Assembly (NCBI GenBank): GCA_035507095.1
Contig: DATJOM010000074.1
Location: 3,941 to 67,940 of the forward strand
Reading direction: 5' to 3'
Source of the DNA: Candidatus Acidiferrum sp.
GTDB taxonomy: Bacteria > Vulcanimicrobiota > Vulcanimicrobiia > Vulcanimicrobiales > Vulcanimicrobiaceae
DNA length: 64,000 nucleotides
Both the position numbers and the translations under genes were made by a program. Below, piece after piece: positions 19,625-27,769 of the stretch (the first letter of the stretch is position 1; every line of letters starts with the position of its first letter). The notes beneath the pieces are model-generated. The model did not search any database. It was not told the DNA's origin and worked only from the letters and a program-made list of their open reading frames with translations.

Positions 19625-20401
19625 GATACGCGGTTCGAAAGGGAAACGCCGGAGGCGCCAACCCTGCAGCGAACCGCTTTTCTCCAATAGCGCAATCGTC
19701 TCGCCCGGGAACGTCTCTTCGTTGAGCTCGTCGAACACGACGACACCCCCCTTGGGCACGCGCGGCAAAAAACGCTCGAGCGCGATTCGCGTCGGTTCGT
19801 ACACGTCAAAATCCAAGTAGAGCAGACTAATGACGACGTGCGGATGCTCCTCGAGGAACCGCGCGCTCGTTTCGGCAAAATCGCCACGAACCAGCTTTAC
19901 TTTCGGGAAGTGGTTGAGCAAACGGTTCTGGTCGTAGAGATCGATCCAATTCAGCAAATCGGCGTGCGAATCGGGAGCAGCGAAGCCGCCGGGCTTTAAG
20001 TGGCCCGACTTGCGCTGCGTTCCGCGCAGATCTTGCTCCGACACCGACGTGAACCCGGTCCACGTATCGAATCCAAAGAGACGGCGCTGAAAGTTGTAGG
20101 GTTCGAGAATCGCGCTCAGTTGCGCGAATCCCATGAGGCCGCCACCCTGCAGCACGCCACACTCAACGATCGATCCCTGCACATCCTGGACGAGCTTGAA
20201 GAGTTCGTAGCGGGTTAGAAAGCGCGCAAGCGTTTGCCGCGGAACGTATTTGGCGAAATTCTCGAGCTTCTCGACATTCGAGCCCGGCGCGCTCTCGAAA
20301 GCCTCCTCGATGCGCATCCGCCACGTCACATCGCCGGGGGCTTGCGTTCCGGGATCGTGACTGTTCGCGGCCGGGTCGAGGGCGCCGTTTGCAGGACGCA
20401 C
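19601..20401 (-). CDS. TylF/MycF-type SAM-dependent sugar O-methyltransferase
   Basis: GSIVECGVLQGGGLMGF and LYLDFDVYEPTRIALERFLPRVPKGGVVVFDE resemble the macrocin-O-methyltransferase (TylF) family pattern. The 3' end overlaps the convergent rfbA-like gene by 24 nt. Confidence 0.72.
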   Translation of the reverse strand: MRPANGALDPAANSHDPGTQAPGDVTWRMRIEEAFESAPGSNVEKLENFAKYVPRQTLARFLTRYELFKLVQDVQGSIVECGVLQGGGLMGFAQLSAILEPYNFQRRLFGFDTWTGFTSVSEQDLRGTQRKSGHLKPGGFAAPDSHADLLNWIDLYDQNRLLNHFPKVKLVRGDFAETSARFLEEHPHVVISLLYLDFDVYEPTRIALERFLPRVPKGGVVVFDELNEETFPGETIALLEKSGSLQGWRLRRFPFEPRISYAVVGD

Positions 20402-20404
20402 GCG

Positions 20405-21292
20405 CTACGCTCCCGCCGCGGCCAAGACGCGTTCGCGCACGTCGTCCGGGATGGGTGAAAAATCTCGCGCCGAGATAAAATCGACGATCGTCGAACCCGT
20501 CGATGCGCTATCGATGTTCGGTGCACCGCGTTCGGCACGTACGTCGTCCAAGTTGACCGTGCGAAAGTCGATCGAAAACCGCGTCGCGTTCGTCGTGTTC
20601 GGAGCGGTCGCGTGCAACTGCGCGGACGAGAAGGCGACCATCGTTCCGGCGCTGGTCACAAAGCGTAAGCCTTCGCCTCGCAACGAGGCTTTCGGCACCG
20701 GATGGTTGCGCGTGTCCTTCGAGATTTGGCTCGTCGCCGCCGTCCGTCCGTTGTTTTGCCAGTCGGTGTAGTCGAACGAGGCCGATGAGTTCTCGAGCGG
20801 CACGTCCCAGTGTTCGGGGTGAAACACGAGCGCCTGGTCCGGTTGCAGCGCGTACACGGGGAACCACCAGTTGATTTGCTCGCTCGGCGCAGCGTACCAC
20901 GTGTCGCGGTGCGGCTTGTATGCGTAGCCAACACCCGAGGTGAGATAGCCCTGTGCGCTCACGACACGTAGACGCGGTACATCGAAGTAGGTCAGCTCGA
21001 TGTCGCAGCCGTGCTCCTCGAGCAGTGCGCGCATGAGTTCCTTCGTACGCAGGTCATTCGTGAAGCGCGACTTCAAGGGGCCCGCGATCTCGACGAACTG
21101 TTCGACCGCCATATCGTGCTGTGCGCTTTGTGGATTGCGCCCACCAAAGGCATCATCGATCAAGGCGATCGCATGTTCGCGAAGCGCCTTGATGGCAGGC
21201 GTCTCGGCAAAAAGGTAGATCCCACCGGCGAAGATTCGCTCGCGGCGGCCGGCGTCGGACGTGCTCCCGTTCAGAAAAATATCGGTCTGCAT
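20405..21292 (-). CDS. hypothetical protein, possible Fe(II)/2-oxoglutarate-dependent oxygenase (PhyH-like)
   Basis: Ordered motif pattern KPHRDTW (HxD) ... SSAQLHATAP (distal His) ... TRFSIDFR (RxS) at spacing compatible with a DSBH oxygenase. Pattern-level only. Confidence 0.4.
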   Translation of the reverse strand: MQTDIFLNGSTSDAGRRERIFAGGIYLFAETPAIKALREHAIALIDDAFGGRNPQSAQHDMAVEQFVEIAGPLKSRFTNDLRTKELMRALLEEHGCDIELTYFDVPRLRVVSAQGYLTSGVGYAYKPHRDTWYAAPSEQINWWFPVYALQPDQALVFHPEHWDVPLENSSASFDYTDWQNNGRTAATSQISKDTRNHPVPKASLRGEGLRFVTSAGTMVAFSSAQLHATAPNTTNATRFSIDFRTVNLDDVRAERGAPNIDSASTGSTIVDFISARDFSPIPDDVRERVLAAAGA

Positions 21293-21331
21293 ACCACCAG
21301 GTTATCGACCGGCCCAGAAGGCCGGTTTAGA

Positions 21332-22102
21332 CTAGCCGATACGCTGCAGCCAGGCCCCCGGCCATTGCGTGACACCGGACCTCAGTCCGGCGCTCTCGTC
21401 GAACGCCCAGGGCGGTTGACCCTCCGTGAACTCCGGGTGGGTGGCAAGAAAATCGCGGGCGGCTTCGTACGGGTTGTCGTGCAGCCAACCGTGCCCGGCG
21501 CGTGGAGAGTCGGCAACGTCGCGCATAATGCCGTCGGTCGCGACGATGTACGATCCCGGCGACACAAACGAGGCATAGGCTTCAAGTTCGGCGAGCACGT
21601 GCTTGCGCGTGTGGTTCGAATCGAGGAACACAATAGCCGTTTCGCCGGCGCGCATCAAAGCCCGAACTTTATCGAGCGTCGGCGCGGCAACCGAGTCACC
21701 CTCGATTAGCTCGATGCGCTTCTTGAGCTCGTGCGCTTCGAGCGCGGCACGGTTGTGCGGTCGAATCTCGACGTCGACACCGATCACTCGTCCGTGCCCC
21801 ATGGCCTCAAAGATGCTCGCGTAATAGACCAACGAACCGCCGTGCGCGATGCCCGTTTCGATCACGACATCAGGGCGCAAACGATAGAGCACCTCTTGCA
21901 CGCGAAACATATCGTCGGGCAACTGAATAATCGGGCGACCGAACCACGTGAACGTATAGAGGTATTTCGTCTCCCACGCACAGCGCATCCACAGTGACGA
22001 AAGGATCTCAAAAGCTTCAGGCGAGTCAAAGGCAAGCGTGCGTGACGCTCCGCCCTCCTCTATGACAACCTGTCGTAGGTTCGTGTCGATGGTAATTGCC
22101 AC
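21332..22102 (-). CDS. CmcI-family (cephalosporin hydroxylase-like) methyltransferase, rhamnosyl O-methyltransferase-like
   Basis: ORF 21332..22660 trimmed to the GTG at 22102, two bases after the upstream stop. Core FTWFGRPIIQLPDDMFRVQEVLYRLRPDVVIETGIAHGGSLVYYA...VFLDSNHTRKHVLAELEAY is typical of the CmcI family. Confidence 0.72.
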   Translation of the reverse strand: MAITIDTNLRQVVIEEGGASRTLAFDSPEAFEILSSLWMRCAWETKYLYTFTWFGRPIIQLPDDMFRVQEVLYRLRPDVVIETGIAHGGSLVYYASIFEAMGHGRVIGVDVEIRPHNRAALEAHELKKRIELIEGDSVAAPTLDKVRALMRAGETAIVFLDSNHTRKHVLAELEAYASFVSPGSYIVATDGIMRDVADSPRAGHGWLHDNPYEAARDFLATHPEFTEGQPPWAFDESAGLRSGVTQWPGAWLQRIG

Positions 22103-22104
22103 GG

Positions 22105-23274
22105 TTACACCGTTACCAACTGCGCGGAGCTTCCTATCTCCTTCAGCATTGCGGCACATTCGGTCAGGTAGTTCGGATTCATCACGTAGATGCGCTCCAG
22201 CTCCATCGCGGCAACTGCGGCCGGCGGGACGATGCGATGCGCGGAGCCGGCGATGAAACAGCCTTGCTTGTTCGGGTTGATATCGACGAGCGCCGCGATA
22301 AGGTTCCTGTTCGGGTCGACGAGATTCGCCATCGTTACGCCCTTCGCCGCCGCACCCCAAAGCGCGACGCGTCCCGCCATCGTGGAGATTTCCGCGTGCA
22401 GCTTCGCGCGACGTTCCGCTTCCTGGGCAGCGAAGACGCTGAGCCGATTGCGCAGTCCCGTATCGCGATCCCGGCGGAACGACTGCCCCGGCGCGTCGCT
22501 TGCGTGACCCTCGACCCAGAGAAATTGATCGCGCCAGATCGTGCGCACGCCGTCGACCGCCAGACCCGAACCCTCGAAAAGCGCGCGCATCGAACGGGCG
22601 CTCCAATAGTTGCAGTGTTCGTAGAAAATGTCCCAGAAGGCGGATTGTTCGAGGATCCAATCGATGCTCGGCGTTTCGAGGAAGAATCGCACCGCCGGCA
22701 TATCCTCGACCGCGCCAACGATCGAAGTGAGAAACGCACGCGGGTCGGGGATATGCTCGATCACGTGGCGGCTGAGCAGCGCGTCAGCATGCAAGTGCTT
22801 AACGGCCGGTCCAAACATCATCTGTTCGATCACGAGCCGGCCGCCGAGCGTTTCGCGCGGACCGGTATAGCTCGGATCGAAGCCGTAGCCGGTGACGCGG
22901 CTCCCAGCGCTGCTCACGAGTTGCCCGAGAAACTCACCTTTGCCGCATCCGACTTCGATGACCCTCGCGTCACGCAGACCACACGTATCGAGCATATAGG
23001 CGACGAGTTCGCCAATATATTTTGCATAGGTAGGCGAGGTCAACTGTGCATTGTCATAACGCTCGTCATACATCACGGCGGCCTCGTCGAACGCCCCGTT
23101 GAACACGAAGTCGCATTCCGCGCAGTGCACGAGCTCGATATCGCGCATCGCGATCGTGGCTGCGTCACGCTCATTCGAGAAGACGATATTTTGGTTGACC
23201 GGCACGCTCCGCCGTTCGAACACAACGGCGATGTCGACGGAATCGCACACGGGGCAGCGCTCGCGACTCGTCAC
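22105..23274 (-). CDS. SAM-dependent methyltransferase of the NDP-hexose C-methyltransferase (TylCIII-like) architecture
   Basis: N-terminal Zn-ribbon CPVCDS...HCAECDF. SAM motif VIEVGCGKGEF. C-terminal Rossmann-like VALWGAAAKGVTMANLV, typical of the C-methyltransferase C-terminal domain. Confidence 0.7.
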   Translation of the reverse strand: MTSRERCPVCDSVDIAVVFERRSVPVNQNIVFSNERDAATIAMRDIELVHCAECDFVFNGAFDEAAVMYDERYDNAQLTSPTYAKYIGELVAYMLDTCGLRDARVIEVGCGKGEFLGQLVSSAGSRVTGYGFDPSYTGPRETLGGRLVIEQMMFGPAVKHLHADALLSRHVIEHIPDPRAFLTSIVGAVEDMPAVRFFLETPSIDWILEQSAFWDIFYEHCNYWSARSMRALFEGSGLAVDGVRTIWRDQFLWVEGHASDAPGQSFRRDRDTGLRNRLSVFAAQEAERRAKLHAEISTMAGRVALWGAAAKGVTMANLVDPNRNLIAALVDINPNKQGCFIAGSAHRIVPPAAVAAMELERIYVMNPNYLTECAAMLKEIGSSAQLVTV

Positions 23275-24137
23275 ACGCCCTCACCCAAGAGGGATCGACG
23301 AAGCTGCGCGATGCCGGCGGGCAACTCGACGTCCGGCGCCCATCCGAGCTTGGAAAGGCGCGCTATGTCACCCACCACGTCGGGTTCGCGTTCGTTCATA
23401 CTGATGGTATCGGCAGGCGCGAGGAGGGCGCCCGCGAGCGACGCGACGTCGCGCAGGGCCGTCCCGGCGCCGCTTGCGACGTTGTATGCGCCGGGCGCTT
23501 CGAGGGCGGCCAGAAGCGCGAGGGCGCGCGCCGCATCATCGACGTGCACGAAATCGAGCCGCCGCTCCGGCTCGCGCAGCCGTGCCGGTTCGCCGTCGAT
23601 GCCGCTTCGAACCAGCGATGTCACCAATTTGTCGGGATCCTCGCCCGGGCCGTACACGAAGAACATGCGCGCCCAGGTAAAGCAGGCGCCATAGTGTTCG
23701 CAGGCAGCCGTGAGGTCGGACCAAAGCGCGGCTTTGGCCAAGCCGTACGCGGTTCGGGGACGAATCGCGGTGCGGTCTTCCACGAGCGTGCTGCCGTCCC
23801 AGTCGTATTCCGCGCACGTGCCCACGCCCAAAATAGCCTTGCCGCCCGTCACCAGAAACCGCTCGGCCAAGCTACTGCTGGCCACATGCCATGCTTGGTT
23901 GGCGGGGTCGCTCCAAAAGACGCCGTGTTCGGTCGTCCATGCCAAGAGCGCCAAATGCGTCGGAGCAATCGTCTCGAGCACGTCGCGCATACGGCGCGCA
24001 TCGAAGATGTCGCCCACAATCGTGTCGTTGGCCTCGGACCGCGAAAGGCAAAAAATCTCGTCGCCGCTACCGCGAAGTTGCTTGACGAAGCGCTTTCCGA
24101 TGAAGCCGGTTCCTCCCGCGACCAACCACCTTCGCAT
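23271..24137 (-). CDS. NAD(P)-dependent sugar epimerase/reductase (SDR, likely 4-ketoreductase)
   Basis: ORF 23271..24377 trimmed to the ATG at 24137 (MRRWLVAGGTGFIGKRFVKQL). YGLAKAA catalytic YxxxK. ATGA overlap with the next gene. Confidence 0.75.
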   Translation of the reverse strand: MRRWLVAGGTGFIGKRFVKQLRGSGDEIFCLSRSEANDTIVGDIFDARRMRDVLETIAPTHLALLAWTTEHGVFWSDPANQAWHVASSSLAERFLVTGGKAILGVGTCAEYDWDGSTLVEDRTAIRPRTAYGLAKAALWSDLTAACEHYGACFTWARMFFVYGPGEDPDKLVTSLVRSGIDGEPARLREPERRLDFVHVDDAARALALLAALEAPGAYNVASGAGTALRDVASLAGALLAPADTISMNEREPDVVGDIARLSKLGWAPDVELPAGIAQLRRSLLGEGV

Positions 24138-24139
24138 GA

Positions 24140-24733
24140 TTAGGGGTCGGGAAGTTCCGTTGCGTCGAGATACGGCAGGGTTTTGTCGCGCGGCGAAATC
24201 GACGTCACCGGCAACGGCCACGGAATCGCGAGCCGCGGATCGGCCCAATTGATGCCGCGCGCGGCCGATGGCGCGTACGGCGCTGAAATCATATATGCAA
24301 CGACTACGTGCGATTCCAATGTTTGATAGCCATGTGCGCAGCCCGGCGGAATATAGAGCGCCCGGTATGCTTCCCAATCGAGCGTGAAAGCCTCCCAGGC
24401 ACCGAAGGTCGCGCTCGAGCGACGCAGGTCGACGACGACGTCGTAGACGCTACCGTACGTGCATCGAACGATTTTCGCCTCGGGGGGATACCCGATTTGA
24501 TAGTGCAGACCGCGTAGCGTTCCGGCTAACGTGTTCGTCGCAATGCTGTGCTCCGGAAAATCTGCAATCAGACCGGCCTCTCGAAATAGCGCGCCGTCGT
24601 AGGTGCGCGCGAACGCGCCGCGATCGTCCGCGACCGGTTCCGACTCGACGATCGTAACCCCGGCGATGCGGGTGGCCGTAAGAATCAAAAGATCTCCAGC
24701 GCGGGCATCGCGCACACGAAGCGACCGCGCCAC
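24140..24733 (-). CDS. NDP-4-keto-6-deoxyhexose 3,5-epimerase (RmlC-like cupin)
   Basis: DDRGAFARTY...LRGLHYQ...AKIVRCTYGSVYDVVVDLR pattern of dTDP-4-dehydrorhamnose 3,5-epimerases. The start may lie downstream of 24733, because the ORF overlaps the upstream gene by 49 nt. Confidence 0.8.
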   Translation of the reverse strand: MARSLRVRDARAGDLLILTATRIAGVTIVESEPVADDRGAFARTYDGALFREAGLIADFPEHSIATNTLAGTLRGLHYQIGYPPEAKIVRCTYGSVYDVVVDLRRSSATFGAWEAFTLDWEAYRALYIPPGCAHGYQTLESHVVVAYMISAPYAPSAARGINWADPRLAIPWPLPVTSISPRDKTLPYLDATELPDP

Positions 24734-25914
24734 GAGCGCACGTTTGCGTTCTGCGCCACGATTTCATCGCGAATGTTCCATGGAAGAATCATCACAAAGT
24801 CGGGCTTGGCTTGGCCGAGGTACTCGGGACCGTAGACGGGGATGCGCGATCCAGGTAAGAGCGTACGCTGCTTCTCAGGATTGCGGTCGACGGTAAACGG
24901 CATCATGTCGGTACGAATCCCGCAATAATTGAGCAAGGTGTTGCCCTTGGCCGGCGCGCCGTATCCGGCGATCGTTTTTCTCTCGCCCGCCGCGCGCAGA
25001 AAGAATGCAAGGACCTCGCGCTTCTTGGCACGCACGCGCTCTTCGAACGACCGATAGATGTCCGGCTGATGCAAGCCGCGTTCGCGTTCTAGCGTGCGTA
25101 GCATCGCGACCGCGGGCAACTCCTCGCGCGCATCCGCCTCACGAACGATCCAATAGCGTAGCGAGCCCCCGTGCGTGGCCAGGCGATCGACGTCCCACAG
25201 GCGCAAGCCGTGCCGTCGCAGCACGTCTTCCATCGTTAGTAACGAGAAATACGAGAAATGCTCGTGATAGATCGTATCGAATTGCACGCCGTCGATGAGC
25301 GCGAGCAGATGCGGGATCTCGACCGTAATCGTGCCCTGGGGAGCCATCAGCGCTTCGAGCCCATCGATGAAATCGTGAAGGTCCGGCACATGCGCGATAA
25401 CGTTATTCGCTGCGACGAGCGCAGCCGCGCCGCGCGAATCCCGGATGCGCCGCCCGGTCTGGGCTCCCAAAAACGCTACTTCAGTCGGCACGCCCCGCTC
25501 CCGCGCAATCGCGGCCACGTTCGCGGCCGGCTCCACGCCATACGCCGTGAAGCCGCGCTCCACGAAGTATTGCAGCAGGTAGCCGTCGTTGCTCGCCGCC
25601 TCGGCAACGATGGCATCGGCCCGCAACGCCAGTCGTTCGATCGCACGATCGACATAGGCTCGGGAATGCGCGAGCCATGAGTCCGAGAACGAAGAAAGAT
25701 ACGCATAGTGCGAAAAGATATGCTCCGGCGGCTCGAATGCCGGCAATTGCACGAGGAAGCACACGTCGCAAACGCGTGGGTGGAGCGGATAGAACGGTTC
25801 CATCTCGCCCGCGCGATCCAATGGTATGTACGAGTTGGAAAGTGGCGAGACGCCCAGATCGACGAACGTTGTGGAAACCGGGGCGTCACAATTGCGGCAG
25901 CGAAAGTCGCTCAT
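24685..25914 (-). CDS. NDP-hexose C-methyltransferase (TylCIII-like)
   Basis: ORF trimmed to the ATG at 25914 (MSDFRCRNCDAPVSTTFVDLGVSPLSNSY... Zn-binding N-domain). SAM domain, and a C-terminal AGYGAPAKGNTLLNYCG domain. ATGA overlap with the rfbG stop. Confidence 0.8.
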   Translation of the reverse strand: MSDFRCRNCDAPVSTTFVDLGVSPLSNSYIPLDRAGEMEPFYPLHPRVCDVCFLVQLPAFEPPEHIFSHYAYLSSFSDSWLAHSRAYVDRAIERLALRADAIVAEAASNDGYLLQYFVERGFTAYGVEPAANVAAIARERGVPTEVAFLGAQTGRRIRDSRGAAALVAANNVIAHVPDLHDFIDGLEALMAPQGTITVEIPHLLALIDGVQFDTIYHEHFSYFSLLTMEDVLRRHGLRLWDVDRLATHGGSLRYWIVREADAREELPAVAMLRTLERERGLHQPDIYRSFEERVRAKKREVLAFFLRAAGERKTIAGYGAPAKGNTLLNYCGIRTDMMPFTVDRNPEKQRTLLPGSRIPVYGPEYLGQAKPDFVMILPWNIRDEIVAQNANVRSWRGRFVCAMPALEIF

Positions 25915-26981
25915 TGCTGCAAATATTCGCCGATCTGTGCGAGCGTCGTAGCGCGAACGTCGCCACCGGATAGCTGCGCTTTGTACCACACGGAAGTCCA
26001 CGCTACCGTCATATCGAGATCCAATTTCCCGCGCCATCCCAGAAGCTCATGCGCCTTGGTCGAGTCGAGGCGCAGTTGCGCAGCCTCATGCGGTCGTTCG
26101 TCGCCGTCGACCTCGATGCGCGCGGGCTTGCCGAGTCCTTCGAAGATCGCTGTGGCCAATTCTCGCACCGTGACGTGCGCCGAGCCGTCCGGACCGAAGT
26201 TCCACGCTCCACTGTCGCCGCGGTCGAGCGACATCGCGAGCATGAGGTACCCCACGAGCGGTTCGAGCACGTGCTGCCACGGCCGAACGGCGTTTGGAAA
26301 GCGCAATACGAGCGGCCGACCTGCCGCAACCGAGCGGATGATATCGGGCACTAAGCGATCGCTGGACCAATCGCCGCCGCCAATCACGTTCCCGGCGCGA
26401 GCGCTCGCGATACGCAGCTCAGAGGAGCCGTAGGACGCAGCATACGCATGCGTGACGAGTTCGGCCGCCGCCTTGCTACTACTATATGGGTCCTCGCCGC
26501 CGAGCGGCTCGTCTTCGCGGTAGCCCCAGATCCATTCACGGTTGCGGTAACACTTGTCGCTGGTAACGACAACGACGCCACGAACGCTTGGGGTCGAACG
26601 CGCAGCCTCGAGCAGGTGGGCCGTGCCGAGCACGTTCGTCGCGAAGGTCTCCACCGGCCGTTCGTAGCCGGCCCGAACCAGCGATTGCGCGGCAAGGTGA
26701 AAAATATATTCCGGCTTGACGCTTGCGATCCAACCTGCGACCGCGCTCTCGTCGCGAATGTCGTTGATGCGCGATTCGACGTCCGCGCTTAGATCAAGCA
26801 GGTCGTGGAGATTCGGTTGTGTAGGCGGAACCAACGCATACCCGCTAACCCGGGCTCCAAGATGCAACAGCAGCTCGCAAAGCCAGGCCCCTTTGAAGCC
26901 GGTGTGTCCGGTCACGAGAACGCGGCGGCCTTTCCAATACCCGGGAAGGTCCGCGCCGCGATTGGGACGATAGGATGGCAT
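25911..26981 (-). CDS. rfbG: CDP-glucose 4,6-dehydratase
   Basis: ORF trimmed to the ATG at 26981 (MPSYRPNRGADLPGYWKGRRVLVTGHTGFKGAWL...). YSSSKAAAE catalytic motif. Confidence 0.88.
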   Translation of the reverse strand: MPSYRPNRGADLPGYWKGRRVLVTGHTGFKGAWLCELLLHLGARVSGYALVPPTQPNLHDLLDLSADVESRINDIRDESAVAGWIASVKPEYIFHLAAQSLVRAGYERPVETFATNVLGTAHLLEAARSTPSVRGVVVVTSDKCYRNREWIWGYREDEPLGGEDPYSSSKAAAELVTHAYAASYGSSELRIASARAGNVIGGGDWSSDRLVPDIIRSVAAGRPLVLRFPNAVRPWQHVLEPLVGYLMLAMSLDRGDSGAWNFGPDGSAHVTVRELATAIFEGLGKPARIEVDGDERPHEAAQLRLDSTKAHELLGWRGKLDLDMTVAWTSVWYKAQLSGGDVRATTLAQIGEYLQQ

Positions 26982-26982
26982 T

Positions 26983-27753
26983 ATGCAGGCCGTGATTCTA
27001 GCCGGAGGCCTCGGTACCCGCATCTCCGAGGAAACGCACCTTCGCCCGAAACCGATGATCGAAATCGGTGGCGAACCCATTTTGTGGCATTTGATGAAGC
27101 TGTATTCGCACTACGGAATCAACGATTTCATCATCTGCCTCGGATACAAGGGCTACTTCATCAAAGAGTATTTCCATAACTACGCCCTTCACATGTCCGA
27201 TGTCACCATCGATCTGCGAGATAGTTCACTGACGGTCCACGAATCGACCGCGGAACCCTGGCGCATCACACTCGTCGATACCGGCGCCGAAACGCTGACG
27301 GGTGGCCGCCTTCGGCGTGTGCGCTCGTATCTGCAAGATGGTCCGTTTTGTTTTACGTACGGCGACGGCTTGAGCGATGTGAACATCGCCGAGCTGGTTG
27401 CGTACCATCGCAGCCAACGCCGCCTCGCAACGCTGACCGCGGTGCAACCACCGGGACGTTTCGGCGCAATCGTCCTTAACGCGGGCCGCGTCACGTCATT
27501 CCGGGAGAAGGCCGACGCCAGCGACGCCTGGATCAATGGCGGTTTCTTTGTGCTCGAGCCCGGCGTGATCGACTACATCCAGGGTGACGACACCGCGTGG
27601 GAAGCCCAGCCGCTCGAACGGCTGGCTGCCGAGGATCAACTCTCGGCATTTCAGCATCGCGGCTTCTGGCATCCGCTCGATACGCTGCGAGACAAAACGA
27701 TACTCGAGGCGCTTTGGGCAAGCGGCTCGCCGCCCTGGCGCCCCTCCGACTAG
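26983..27753 (+). CDS. rfbF: glucose-1-phosphate cytidylyltransferase
   Basis: MQAVILAGGLGTRISEETHLRPKPMIEIGGEPILWHLMKLYSHYGINDFIICLGYKGY, canonical RfbF. Its start codon is back-to-back with divergent rfbG (1-nt spacer). Confidence 0.92.
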   Translation: MQAVILAGGLGTRISEETHLRPKPMIEIGGEPILWHLMKLYSHYGINDFIICLGYKGYFIKEYFHNYALHMSDVTIDLRDSSLTVHESTAEPWRITLVDTGAETLTGGRLRRVRSYLQDGPFCFTYGDGLSDVNIAELVAYHRSQRRLATLTAVQPPGRFGAIVLNAGRVTSFREKADASDAWINGGFFVLEPGVIDYIQGDDTAWEAQPLERLAAEDQLSAFQHRGFWHPLDTLRDKTILEALWASGSPPWRPSD

Positions 27754-27769
27754 TGCCGATATATCAAGG

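Noticed and set aside
22103-22660. N-terminal extension of the CmcI-like ORF (21332..22660), and similar extensions of ORFs 41605..43677, 23271..24377, 24685..26037, 25911..27080 and 30184..31686
   Set aside because: Each extension overlaps the 3' end of the well-supported upstream gene out of frame. In-frame starts placed at or next to the upstream stop give family-typical N-termini.
22096-23694. 532-aa plus-strand ORF
   Set aside because: It lies antisense to the C-methyltransferase-like and reductase genes, both of which have clear family motifs. Its Arg/His-rich sequence is a GC-rich antisense artefact.
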